Shown one piece after another: positions 39,092 to 51,262 of a stretch of DNA of 64,000 nt. The position numbers were made by a program, and so were the translations under genes. A model generated the notes under the pieces. It did no database searches and was not told where the DNA came from. It saw only the letters and a program-made list of their open reading frames with translations. Source of the stretch: Camelus ferus (taxonomy: Eukaryota); the NCBI RefSeq assembly GCF_009834535.1, contig NC_045697.1:19718001-19782000 (forward strand). The letters are read 5' to 3'. How positions within the stretch are numbered: position 1 is the stretch's first letter; each line of letters starts with the position of its first letter.

Positions 39092-41529
39092 GAAGACATA
39101 CAGATAGCAAATAAGCATATGAAAAGGTGCTCCACATCATACGCTATTAGGAAAATGCAAATGAAAACAACAACTAGATGTCACTACACACTTGTTAGAA
39201 TGGCCAAACTTCACAACACTGACAGTACCAAATGCTGGGTAGGATGTGGAGTGATGGGCACTCTTGTTCATTCCTGGTGGGAATGAAAATGGTATACTAC
39301 TTTGGAAGACAGTTTGGCAGTTTCTCACAAAATTGAACATTCTCTTGCCATATGATCCAGCAAACACACTCTGGTATTTACCCAAAGGAGTTGAAAAGTT
39401 ATGTTCTTACAAAAATCTGCATACAAATGTTTATAGCAGCTCTGTTTATAATTGCCCAAACTTGGAAGCAACCAAGATGCCCATCAAGAGGTGAACAGGT
39501 AAATAATTGGTAGTACATCCAGAAAATGGAATATTATTCAGAAACTAAAAAGAAATGAGCCGTCAAACTGTGAAAAGACATGCAGTAACCTTAAATACAT
39601 ATTACTAATTGAAATACACCAATCTGAATAGGCTGATTCCAAGTATATGACCTTCTGGAAAAGGCAAGACTATGGAGATAGTTAAAAGATCAGTGGTTGC
39701 CAGGGGTTTGGAGGGGACTGAAATGAGTAAGTCGATTACAGAGGTTTTTTAGGGTAAAAAATTATTCTGTATGATACAATAATGATAGATACAAAGCGTT
39801 ATAGATTTGTTAAAATCCATGGGATGTACAACACCAAGAGTGAACCCTAATATGAACTATGGACTTTGAGTGATTGTGATGTGTCAGTATAGGTTCATCA
39901 GTTGTAACAAATGTACCACTGTGGTGAGGGATGTTGATAGTGGGGGAAGGGCTGGGCATATATGGGAAGTCTCTGTACTTTCCTTTCAATTTTGCTGTAC
40001 ATGTAAAACTGCTCCAAAAATAGTCTTTAAAAAATATGTGAGCAGAAACCAGAGGTAGTAGGATCTTATAAGCCAGGATCAGGGTCTTCATTATTTTTCT
40101 AAATGTGAAAAAGTCTTTGGAGGACTACGAACACAAATATGGTAAAACTAGTGTTAAGAATAGAGAGAAAGGGAAAGACTGGAAGGGAGAGGAACTAGTT
40201 AGAAAGCTGTGACATATACCCAACTGACTGATGATGCTTATTTGGTTAAGGTGGTTTTGAGAGAAGTAGGAAGTAGTTGGTAACTCATGAACTGGCTAAA
40301 GGGATAAAAAAAGGAATCAAGGATACCTTATAAATTCTTGGTTTGTGAACAACTACATGAATGTCATTTACAGTATTGAGATGAGGGGGATTTTGGAAGA
40401 GCCAGGGAATCACGGGTGGTTTAGGATGGGTTAAGCTCAATAGTCCCAATGGAGTTGTTGGAGAGGAAGCTGTACATATAGATCAGTCCCAGGGGAAACG
40501 TGTGGGCTTGAGATAAAAACTGGGAATCTTCAGCATAGAGACGTATTTAATACCATTGGGCTGGATGAGATCTTTTAGATGTAGATAGGGAAGAGAAAAA
40601 CAAAAAAATTAAAATATACTCCAATATTTAAAGACCAGGCAAGAAAGGCAAGCTAGTAGAGATTATCAACTATACTGAAATAGACTAGGAAAACATGCCA
40701 TCCTCAGTGTCTAGTAAATTTTGTGATTCAAAAAGGAAGAGGAATCAACTGAATCAAACTTTGATGAGAAGGTTTGAGGCCATATAATTGACCATTGTAT
40801 CTGTCAAGTCAGAAGTTGCTTTAGATCTTGACAAGAACATTTTTAGAGGTTTCATGGGGATAAAAGTCTAAATAAAGAGGGTTGAAGACACCATGCAGGG
40901 GTGGAAGTAGAGAGCACAGTAGTTGATAACTTTGGTTCAGTAACTGAGTTGGAAGGGATCAAGGGAAATTTCATTTTAATAACAAAAAAAAAATGGAGCA
41001 AACCTGAATTATGAGAGGAGAGGAAATTGATTATGTAGGAGAAGAGAGTATATGACTATATTTGAAAAATCTTAATATTGCAAAACAGGGAAGAAATGTA
41101 GAGCACTATTGGTGGGTTTGACCTTACATAATAATAGGGACAATTCATCAGTTCAAGAGTCAGAAGCCAGAGTATGTAGGAACAGATGGAAGCAGCCCTG
41201 TGTTTTCTCAGTGGAGTGTCAGAGACAGAGGATGGTGTTGATAGTTTGAGAAAAAAGTAGAAAATGTGAAGTTTTCCTTTCTGAGAATGAGAGAGCAAAC
41301 TTGCTGGAACAGTACGAGAACCTTAGGGGATTCTGAGGGCCCAGCTGATACTTGGACTTACAAACATATGTTAAGTGTAATTTTAAGTGGTAACTTATTT
41401 CCATGGGTCCATGAAGTTGAACTAGAAGCTTGTAGTTTCAGATGCCTGACTTTGACTTTGTGTCAAATTTAAAGAAAATGTTCATCATTTATTTTAAAAA
41501 ATGGTTTGACCTGGAGAAAAATATTTATC

Positions 41530-41670
41530 TTCTCCATGCTTCATCTGAATACTAGCGATCACCTATCTTACAGGGTAGTTGTGAGAATTAAGTGATATAA
41601 AACATTAAGCACAGTATCTGGCAATAGTATGCATACGTCCATTGTAAATTACTGTTCTTGGTATTGTTTC
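41530..41670 (+). mobile_element. MIR SINE 3' part
   Basis: cctatcttacagggtagttgtgagaattaagtgata...agcacagtatctggca. Confidence 0.75.
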
Positions 41671-42469
41671 TGCTATAAAAGCATCAATAACCAGCTACCT
41701 CCTGTGGACCAGGTACTTGAGATTCAATGAGGGTATAGTTGTTAGGGATGCAACTGACATTAATAAACAGAAAAGTTGCTTCTGATGTTTCAACCAGAGA
41801 GAAGTTTATTTTTCTAATCAACATGATGATAGTCAAGGGCTGGATCAACTGTGCAAGGTTGCAGTCTTTTCTGTTACCATCTTTGCATATGGCTGTTGTC
41901 CTTGGAGACGCAAGATGGCTACGATCTATACAGACTTTACGTCAAAGTTCCAAGTAAGAGGGTGAGGGAAACAAAGTATATATGGCTAACATGCTGGTGG
42001 TTGAGAGGTTGTGTGTTGTCCGGATGTGTGTGTGTGTGTGTGTGTTTTGATTAGGTAAAGCAACAGCTTTCCTGAAAGAGCCAAGTTGTTGACTTTCTCT
42101 TTCTTTTCATTGACTTAAACTTCACAAGATACAAGGTAGCCTACTGAGGTATTTTATCAGGATAGATTGTACCCTGAATAAAATTGGGGTTCTCTTTTTA
42201 AAGACACAGAGAATGCATATTTGTTAGGTAGCCTACCACAGAGGGTAAAGACGAGTTATTTTCCCCAGAACAGCTCATTGTTTAGAGAGGAGACAAACAC
42301 ATAAGCCTGTATTCACACATAGGAATGTGCACAGAGCCAGACAGAGAACAAAAATGACTACAGTGGACTGGTTGGCAAATCATAGACCACATGTCACAAC
42401 TAATGATGGCAAGAGTTACCTGGCTCTAATAGAATGATGTCATAAGGTCTGTGGACTCAATGTGCTTAG

Positions 42470-42600
42470 TTCTTTCAACAGAAGCCCAAATCTGGATTTT
42501 ATGTTAATTCTTCCTCTTTTAAAAATCATAAACTAAATTTTTTTTAATATGCAGGCCAAACAAAAAAATATCTATGGCCTGGATCCAGTACAGTTCATCA
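42470..42600. mobile_element. hAT/Charlie (MER103-like) fragment
   Basis: agaagcccaaatctggattttatgt...gcaggccaaacaaaaaaatatctatggcctggat. Confidence 0.5.
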
Positions 42601-42744
42601 CTGACTTGTACATTTTGATATCTTAAATTATGATAAAGGCTTCAACGGGAGTACCTGCAACATGCAGTGGGAACCTCATAGACAAAGGAACTCAAAGTGA
42701 AGGACTTTCTGCTTCCTTTAACATTGCTTGAGATGCAGTATACC

Positions 42745-42920
42745 ATGGCGTCATAGATCTTTACAATGGAAGGGACACAAGTAATCATCGAATTTAACCC
42801 CTTTATTTTATACATGAAGAAGTTGAGTCCGAGAAAAATAAAGAAGTTACTTTCAAGTCTACAGAACAAAGCTCTAGAATCCAGGTCTCCTGTTTCCTAG
42901 ACCGGGGCTCTTCCTACCCC
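42745..42920 (-). mobile_element. MIR/MIR3 SINE
   Basis: atggaagggac...ccctttattttatacatgaagaagttgag...ctagaatccaggtctcctg. Confidence 0.75.
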
Positions 42921-45369
42921 GCATGCATCTTCATACAAGTCAGACAGAGGAGCGAGTTGAAACTGACAAGGCGATTGACCTAGTCCACTGGGCTTGTGAA
43001 GCAGAAATAATAGATAATGTTTTAAACACTCCTGTCAATTCGCCATGGTGATAATGCCAGGGAAGAAGAAGAGTTTCTAGAGATTGTGAAAATAACTCAG
43101 TTGAAGGCTGTTTCACAGCCTTTGAGTCAATAATTAATTCTGCCAACAGGTAGCTGTGTTATCCTTCTCTGAAGGTCATGCGGTTGCTCATCTTCTATTA
43201 AGATTTTATAAGAAAGAAGCAAATGAGCCCAAATAAGCTCACATCAAGGACTTTTTAAATATAGTTGAGCATTTGCACTGGTTTCTTTCCAGACTATCCT
43301 ATTTCTGAGTGAATCTGTATCTGAATCTGTAAAAAATGCAATATTAGAAGTCTTTAAATCATTGAAAACATTTTTTTTTAAATCTCAATTTTCCCAGGAT
43401 CTACTATTAACATAGGATAAATTAAGCTTATTGGACTTGCTTAAGCAAGGAAGGCTGCAGTAGATTTTGAAAATATTTTCATCAGAATGTCTTTCATTTA
43501 GAAAATAATCAATTAATTGCTTTCAGAAATTCATTATAAAAAAGGATCAAGTCAGAATACCTAATTTTTAGAATATTCCGGGCTACTATTATTATTCGTA
43601 GCTTTTTTCCTGAGTAACTAATCCATTAGGCCTCAGTGATGAAAAATGTAGTTCTGTGCTTTTTTTTTTTTAACATGACAAGTTTGCCCTTAAAAATATT
43701 CAGGATTTTCAGAAACAAAAAAGATGGCGCATACCTGGCAATTAGTTAAATAGATCCTTGTCTACTTAAGCTGAATGCTTCTTTACTTCCCAATTCCAAA
43801 CTCAGTTGGAGCCTGTGCTCTTTCTGGTTTTTAGTTTGTTTATTTAGTTCATCTCTTTTCAACCTTGTTCTTTACATGACGCTAGTGCTGGTGTCATTCG
43901 AGAGTTCATTTGGTTTTTCCCTCTGTAAGTCTCCCGATTTTGTGCTAAGCTCAGCACCACCTAAACAGTCCTAGGCAGATATATATCTGGCTGCTGTGTG
44001 TGTATTTTTTTTTAAGCTCTTCAGGGAAGAAGACTCCATAAACTCCCTTGGTAACCAATTCTAGTGTTTAATGGAACATATCCATTCATCTATAATAATA
44101 TTTGTAATTATACAGCACATTTCTTCTGAGTAGCTCTTGGCACTTTAAAATGGTATTTCAATCCCCAAGACACTCCTAGAAGTAGGTGGTAAGCTTCATT
44201 ATGCTCCTAGAGGGCACAAACAATGTCTTATGTGTTATATTCAGTGCACGGGACACTGGGAAGACTTTAGAAATATTTAATAATCAGAATAGCAATTTTA
44301 CAGATGGACGAATTGAGAGAAAGTGAATTTAACTTCTCTCCCCAGTGCCCACAATGGAGGAAAAAACTGAAAATTTCTGACTCACACGCTGACAGCTGCG
44401 ATATTATTCTGTAAGATTCTGCTGCTTTTTTCACTGCTTTGATTAGAAATCAGATACCTTTATGAATCTTAAAAAAGCAAATACTCCTGTCCAGGCAACT
44501 TACACAAATGTGGTATTATTCAGTGCATTATTATGAGTCTAAATATCCTGGAGACCAATAAACTGTGAATGAGATAAATTTCATCATTATAACTTATCAT
44601 TTTGGTGTCCCTTTTCTCAAGGGAACTCCCAGCTACATCTGGTTCCCCATTACATATTCCATATTGCATATTGGGCAAGCTGTCTCTAAATAGAGTGCTG
44701 AAACTTTCAAACTTTCGCCAATTAAAATATTACTGATTTGTGTCTTATGTCATTTGGGTCCTGGTGAGTCTTCCTAATGCTATTAAATAAATGCATTAGA
44801 AATTCCCAGTATGTGTTAGATCATGAGATACATTTGTATTTTAACAGGGACCTTTTGAGAGCATAGTGCTTTAGCCCAAAGAGTAAAAGAAGAAATTTCG
44901 GGAAAAATGTCATGGGTCAGTGGGAAGAAATATTTGGGGGCAGCTAATTTCCTTAGGGCCACATGAGTTATATTGTATAGATTGTCATCTGTTCAGTCTT
45001 TGAGTAGAAACAGTCATGGACAGCTGTATTCATTTGTCTGGAGGACTAAGTTTTCGTTAGAGATTAAGTTTTACTGCATTGCCAAAATCAGTAAAATGGA
45101 AGCCTTGTTGTGCGTAAAAGAATTAGTGAGTCTAAATTAGAGATTCTGTGGGACTTGGATGACTCAAATCATGTGACTGGTAAGCCAGCTGATTGCTAAT
45201 TTTTTCACACATGGATATGTTTTCAAAAGCAAATGTTCTAAGAGGATTCTGAGAATCAGTCTGAATCTGGGATATTCATAATTAACCTGATTTTCCTCAG
45301 CTGTTTGAAAATTTAAGCTTAAATCTGACTGGCTTGCAGGTGAATGAATGTATTTAGAAGAAATGAAAA

Positions 45370-45497
45370 TAGAGGGGGCAGAAAGAGAGAGAGAAGGGCA
45401 GAGTATGTTTGTGTGCCAGTATGTGTGTGAGTAGGGGAGAAAGACAGAGACAGAACAGAGAGAACAAAGAGACGGGGGGTAGAGAGAGAGAGAGAAA
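45370..45497 (+). repeat. GA-rich low-complexity tract
   Basis: gaaagagagagagaaggg...gacagagacagaacagagag...agagagagagagag. Confidence 0.8.
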
Positions 45498-46639
45498 ACA
45501 CGTGTAAGTACTCAGTCCAACAGGCTGAACTGCTAGACCATCATGGACAAAGATGTAAATACAAGTACTTTTACCACCTCTCTGGGGAGCACGTGTTATA
45601 AAGCTCTTAAGTATCCTTTTGAAGGAAATTCCACTACTGAATGAAAAATATGATTTCACTCAGACCTGTAGCCACATATATGAGGTTCAGAGATTCTTAC
45701 AGAGAAACAGGAGAGGCAAAGTTTTCTTAGAGATACTGTTGAAAGAAAACATTCGTGATCTTCATTGAACTTGCAGCCGTATGAAGTAGGTCAATCTCAA
45801 AAGTGTTTAAATTTAGTGCCTGATGTACTGGGAGTTTGCTGGTGGTAAAAACACTGTAAACTGGCAAGAATCACGCTGAAGAAAGAATGGAGAAAATAAC
45901 AATTCAGTACATTATTTTCAAAAACAGAATTAATTACTTTTAAAATATAAAATTGTGATTATGGGCATGTCCCACATTGAAAGTCACTGATAGCATACAT
46001 CTATCAGCAAATTACTAATCTAAGTGAAAAGACAAAGAGCCTTTATTGTCATGTCACTGAGCAATAGTACCAAGCCTGACATATAAGCAAAGTTTGCTGT
46101 CCAAACTTTTCACATGAAATCAGTAGGTTTCAGGGCGTGGGGGAAGCATATTTGTGGCATATCAAAATTCATGTTGTAACAAATTCTTCATCTTTTTAAA
46201 CCTACTCGTAAATCAATCACTGAATAGTCACCCCACATAAAATATTCTATATATTAGCAAAAATATTCTATATATTAGAAATAAAATATATTCTCTTTTC
46301 CTAATTATATTTCCCTCTTGAAATGCCTGAACCACCTACACAAACCAGTGACATGGTACTAGCTTCTATAAATTGAAATGGTAGGAGTTGAACTCACAAG
46401 GATGTTATTCAAATAGTGCATGCAGCTGTAAATGCGAACATTCCATCTGATTGACAATCTTGGTGCTGTGAGGAGAAAGGTGAGCTGTCAGCTATGACAC
46501 TAATGAACTATTTGGCTGAGTAAATAGATTTTCTATGTGCAATGCAAAACTTGTTGTTTTTAAGATTATATTCATAATTAAATGCTGCTAATACTATGGA
46601 ACAATTTTATATACATGTCTAAGACACATCAAATCAAAA

Positions 46640-46875
46640 ATGAGTTCAGAGAAACAAGTTTCAAGTATCAGACAGACTTTCATCACATATATTGGTCTGC
46701 TACTTTCAGTCTTATGACATTGGCTAGATAATTTAACCCAGTTTATTATGTGAAAAATGGGAATAAAAATTCTTACTTTACAGGGTTGTTGTAAGATGAT
46801 TCAGATAGTGTTAAAAAGGTACATAGCTTATGTCTGTGGCATGGGAAGTGTTCTATAAATGGTAGTTGCTTATTA
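46640..46875 (+). mobile_element. MIR SINE
   Basis: tacttttacagggttgttgtaagatgatt...tgtggcatgggaagtgttctataaatggtagt. Confidence 0.75.
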
Positions 46876-49800
46876 ATAAAACTCAGGAAAAGAAACATGT
46901 AAAATACAGCACTGCAAAATTCTTCCCTAAATCGTAAACACTGTGCACTAATAGTAAGTTTTATAAAATGAAATTTCTTCCACTTGAAGAAATGACAAGT
47001 CAGAATTTGTATATTTGAAATTGATTTTGCACAGTCCCATAGGATAATTATAGTAGGCATTGCAGATAAAAATCCAATGGCTCCAAATTCTCATTAAAAA
47101 TCCTACAAAAACTGAAATCTTGAGAATTAGGGACAGGTCTAAAGAATTTCTATTAAATACAATGATAATAATAATGAATTATGCTTTTCATGTGAATATT
47201 ATTTTATTTTTTGAAGGCCTTGTAAGTACCCTAAACTTACCTTTCTTTAAGGAATTTGGGTTAGAGCACTCAAAGGGGGAGATTTCAAACAAGGTGGTTA
47301 ATATAACAAAGGAGCCAAGACAATAGGGATGACCAGGGGCCTAGTGTCATATAGTTGATTTGTAAAGAACTTAGTGAAATTAAAACATTTATTGATACAC
47401 AGGTTTTAAAATTTTAGTTGATTTATTAGCTAATTCAGTCATTCAACAGACATATTGGGTGACTTCCCTGTTGAGGATGTTATGATCTGAGCAAATGAGG
47501 AAAGTGACGGGGTGTCAGTGGACCTGTGCAAGGGGGCACAGTGTCACCGCAGGAGCACATGCTGAAGCGTGTGGAGGACGGACATTCTTTTCTCTTGTTG
47601 AGAGTCCGCTTCAGGTACAACATGAATATTAAAATTTGGAGCCACTATCTCATGTTACTAAGTTCTGGCTTTATTCCACCATCTTTTCATTCTGCCTCAA
47701 GAGGCTGAAAGTGTTTTCCTTAGGTTTAAGTTTTATTTCTAGATTTTAGTCTCTATCCTAGTCTTGGAGGAGGGACTCTGGAATGCTTGGTCTCCTAAGC
47801 ATTCTATCCCACCTGAGGTTCACGCTTCCTCCTCTGCATTTTCTGTAGCACATGGAGTCCCTCTGCTGCAGCACGCTGGGGTCTGGTGCCTCTCTTAGAA
47901 GGTAAAACTTCGTCAAGTCAAGGCCATGTCTTAATCATTGCTGCATTTACAGGGTCAATCACACTGGGAAGTAACCCACATTCAGCGGGAATAGGGAACA
48001 TCGAAGTCATTAACTAGCAAACACAAGTCTTCACGTTTCTATAGCTAATTCTGATCTTCATTTCCTTGGATAAATTAAACTGTTTTCAGAAAATCAGCCT
48101 TTTATATACATTTTCCCACATGCTTTTCTAATATTTTATTATGTTTGTTGGATGGTTAACAGTTGGTTGAAACTAGTGAATACGTTTTATACCTCCACGT
48201 GTAAAATGGAGAGGCCAGTGCAGAAGTTAAAAACAAAACCAAACAGCAAACAGCCAAACAAACTTAAAAGCCAAACAACCGAAAAAGCTGCAAAAGCTTT
48301 CTGTGTGTGTGAGTGGAAGGAGTTGTCAGTTGGCTTTTGGAATAGTTGGGAGCTGGCCATCAGGCTTGCCCTTCTGTGCCCGCATCCGTTGACTCTCCTA
48401 GGGCTGTTCTCTTTTGTTTCTTTGCCTGTCTTTCTTAGGGTCGTTTTTGTTGTGCGTGTGTGTATGTTATCTGGGTGCCTGGCTCTTGGGTTTCTCTGCA
48501 TATGAAGATTGGGTTGGGGAAGTCATAATGTACCTTTTGTCTTTCAGTTGATTTCACTTCTACTGGCCTGAGTTAGTGTGGCCCGCAGAGTCTCAGGGTA
48601 TCACAGAGCTGACGAGCTTCCTTTGCACTGCGTGCCTCTGATCTTTCACTTTTACTAACTGGCCGCACTAGTGCTCAGTATTCTCCCCTCTCCGTCTTCA
48701 ATAAATTTTAATTTCTTAAAATCCCTTGGACATGAATCCTTCTACACTTTGGGTTCCCTCTGCTTTGTTAGATTCATACATATTTTTATTAACTGCATTA
48801 GTTTATTATCATTTTAGTAAGTCTTGGGAGTGAGACAAGTTAAATATCTGTTTTCCTCAATCTTACATATTATTCTGGAATCGCCCCCCACCTCTCAATA
48901 TTGTTTAAGTATTTGTTCAACATTTGGAACGTGTGGAGGGATTATAGTAAAAATCAGGAACCTCAGATTGAGTATAAAACAAGGAATCTATCAGTACTCT
49001 GATCGTAACTGAGAGTCTTATTTTATTTAGAACTTTTCTCCAAGCTTTTCTGCTGCTAAAACCTAGATATCAACAGTCATCATGCACAGTCAGGATGGAG
49101 GTGATTTGCATGGATACAGTACAAGTGAAAGCATTTTGGGGTTACTTTTCCTATCTTCTATGTTGACAAAATTGGCCCCAAATCTCTGTGTTCTTGCTTC
49201 AGTGTTCTTTTAAGATTTTCCTAACCACACAAGTTCTTAGAAGGTATATTAAAAGGCACAAAATGTGAATAATGAAATAAATCCTATGATCCTGCCCTAC
49301 ATTATTTGTATTCAGAATTTCATCTGGTTGGGGTATTTTCAGGAGATCCAACCTTCTCATCTCAAGGTTAGAGATCAACCTGTGGCCGGAGAGTAAAAGG
49401 CATCCTTTCACCCAGCAGAGATCTGTTGTGCCTAACAAAATGTTTGTGCTTTTATCTGGTTTCAAGTGACCACCCAAGGCACAGTCTACTTCATGGGGAG
49501 GGGATGAGTTTTACATTTCACGTAGCTATAACGGCAGCTGTAGGAAGCGAAGCTACTTAAGGTTTAGTTCAGCATCATCCCAGTGATGTTCTTCCTGCTG
49601 CTTTTCCTGTCCCGTCCCAGGTAGCTGATGCCTGGTTTGCTTTTTGACCTTCCGGCCCAAGGAAAGGATATTTAGCGCCGGGCCTCCAGTAAATTTCTGA
49701 TGCTCCAGTTCTGATGGAAGTGACAAAATATTTATTTCCACTGTTTGTCAGCTTGTTACCTCCTTCAAAATCTCCCTTTCCTTTTGAGACTAGGGCTTTC

Positions 49801-50169
49801 AAAAGAGCTTCCGTGTTTCTTCGCAGTTGTGAGACAAGTACCATTTCACAGCCACGGTGCATTGATTCACACTGTCCTACCCGGCGGGACGCCTTTTTAT
49901 CCTGGCTCTCATTTACACCTGTGAAGAACATTCTGGTCATTCAACACCCAGTGAAAATGTTATCCCTTCATAAAACAGCTTCCAGTATGCTTAGCCAGAA
50001 ATAACTACTTGGTTTCAACTATCATGAAAATTTTTGGTATTATAGTCAATTAGGAAGATGTCTCATCTCCTCTCCCAGATGGCAAGTTCCTCAAATATCA
50101 AGACATGTCTCATTATTTTTTATACTATATGTATACAGTTGCATACGATACAGTAATAGTAGTTATAAT

Positions 50170-50410
50170 AATACCAGCAATTACACTAGCAAACACACGT
50201 TGAATGATTTCTCTATGCAGGCATTTTCTAAGGGCTCTATACACATTTTCTTGTTCACTTCTCATAAGTATGTGAGTTAGGAACCAATGTTGTCCTTTTT
50301 TTACCTCTGAGGAAACTGGGACCTAGAGAGGGTACAAAATTTCCAAGAGTCTTACAGCTACTAGAGTTTAGAGCTGTTTTCAAACTCAAATCTACTTTAA
50401 TTCAACTAAG
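50170..50410 (-). mobile_element. MIR SINE
   Basis: ttttacctctgaggaaactgggacctagagaggg...cttacagctact. Confidence 0.75.
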
Positions 50411-50779
50411 CTTTTGTCCCTCCTCAAAAATATAGACAAATATAGGACTGACACATAGTAGATGATTAATAAAAACGCTTTGTGTGAAACTATGCCTTTT
50501 TATGAGCAATTTAAATCAAAACATTTCCAGAGAAATAAGCAAAGTGGATTTTATCTAGTTTCTGTCATGTTTCCTTTTTGCAGTGAGTGGCCCAGGATAC
50601 ACATTCACATCACAAAAAATATCATTATGTCACATCCTAGAATAGGCTTCCTGTCTCTCTTGTCTCTTTTATTCAGAGTATTCAAGTGTTAAGACTCCCA
50701 TTGCTTTTGTAAGATAAACCCCTTTTGATAGCACTCTTATAAACAGAATTTAGGGGCAGGTATATCTTTGCCTGAACAA

Positions 50780-51262
50780 GTAGACGTTGTATTCTTAGGG
50801 TATAGAATTGCCATCTATTTGAGAACCACAAAAAAATCCCATGAACGAGAATGAAGAAGTTCATTTTGCACGCACATAAAGGCTGAGCTAGTGTAATGGC
50901 TCAGCTGTGTGAGTCATCAGAGACCTGGGATCTTTCTGTCTTGTTGCTCTGCTATTTCTAAGGGGTTGCATTTATCTGCATAACTCAAGACGATTCACTA
51001 TCATTTATTCATAGCAGCCAGGAATGAGGTGTGAGGGCAGGACCATGCGCTTTGTCTGTAAAGGCACAATCTGGGATGTTCACCCGCCACCTCCCTTATA
51101 CCCCATTGTCTGGAACTCAGGCATGTGGCTCCGCCCGGCCACCAGGAATGCCAGGAAATGTAGTCTGTAATCGAAGGGACTGTATGCTGAGCTAAACATT
51201 CCATTACAATGAAAAGAGAGGCAGGGGATATATATTAGAGAAGAAATAGCAGTATCTCCTGC
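50780..51262 (-). mobile_element. MLT1J-like LTR
   Basis: gtcatcagagacctgggatctttctgtcttgttgctctgc...ccattgtctggaactcaggcatgtggc...ggaaatgtagtct. Confidence 0.8.

Larger units (their letters stand above)
38320..40035 (+). mobile_element. L1MC-type LINE-1 3' part; host of the SINE-L1 insertion
   Basis: ORF2-like LWKTVWQFLTKLNILLPYDPA; 3' UTR with aatgaactatggactttgagtgattgtgatgtgtcagt. Confidence 0.92.
37800..41340 (-). mobile_element. Long L2 element interrupted by L1MC (38320-40035)
   Basis: Antisense L2 3' end at 37800 (ttcattacttcatgcattctttcagaaacatttagtgagcttctactat); purine-rich L2 body at 40035-41340. Confidence 0.75.

Noticed and set aside
45160..45166. Isolated AP-1 sites (also near 17395, 43123 and 50910)
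   Set aside because: A 7-mer is expected several times by chance in 64 kb.
46239..46278. Tandem duplication aaaatattctatatattag x2
   Set aside because: Ordinary two-copy slippage in AT-rich DNA; not an array.
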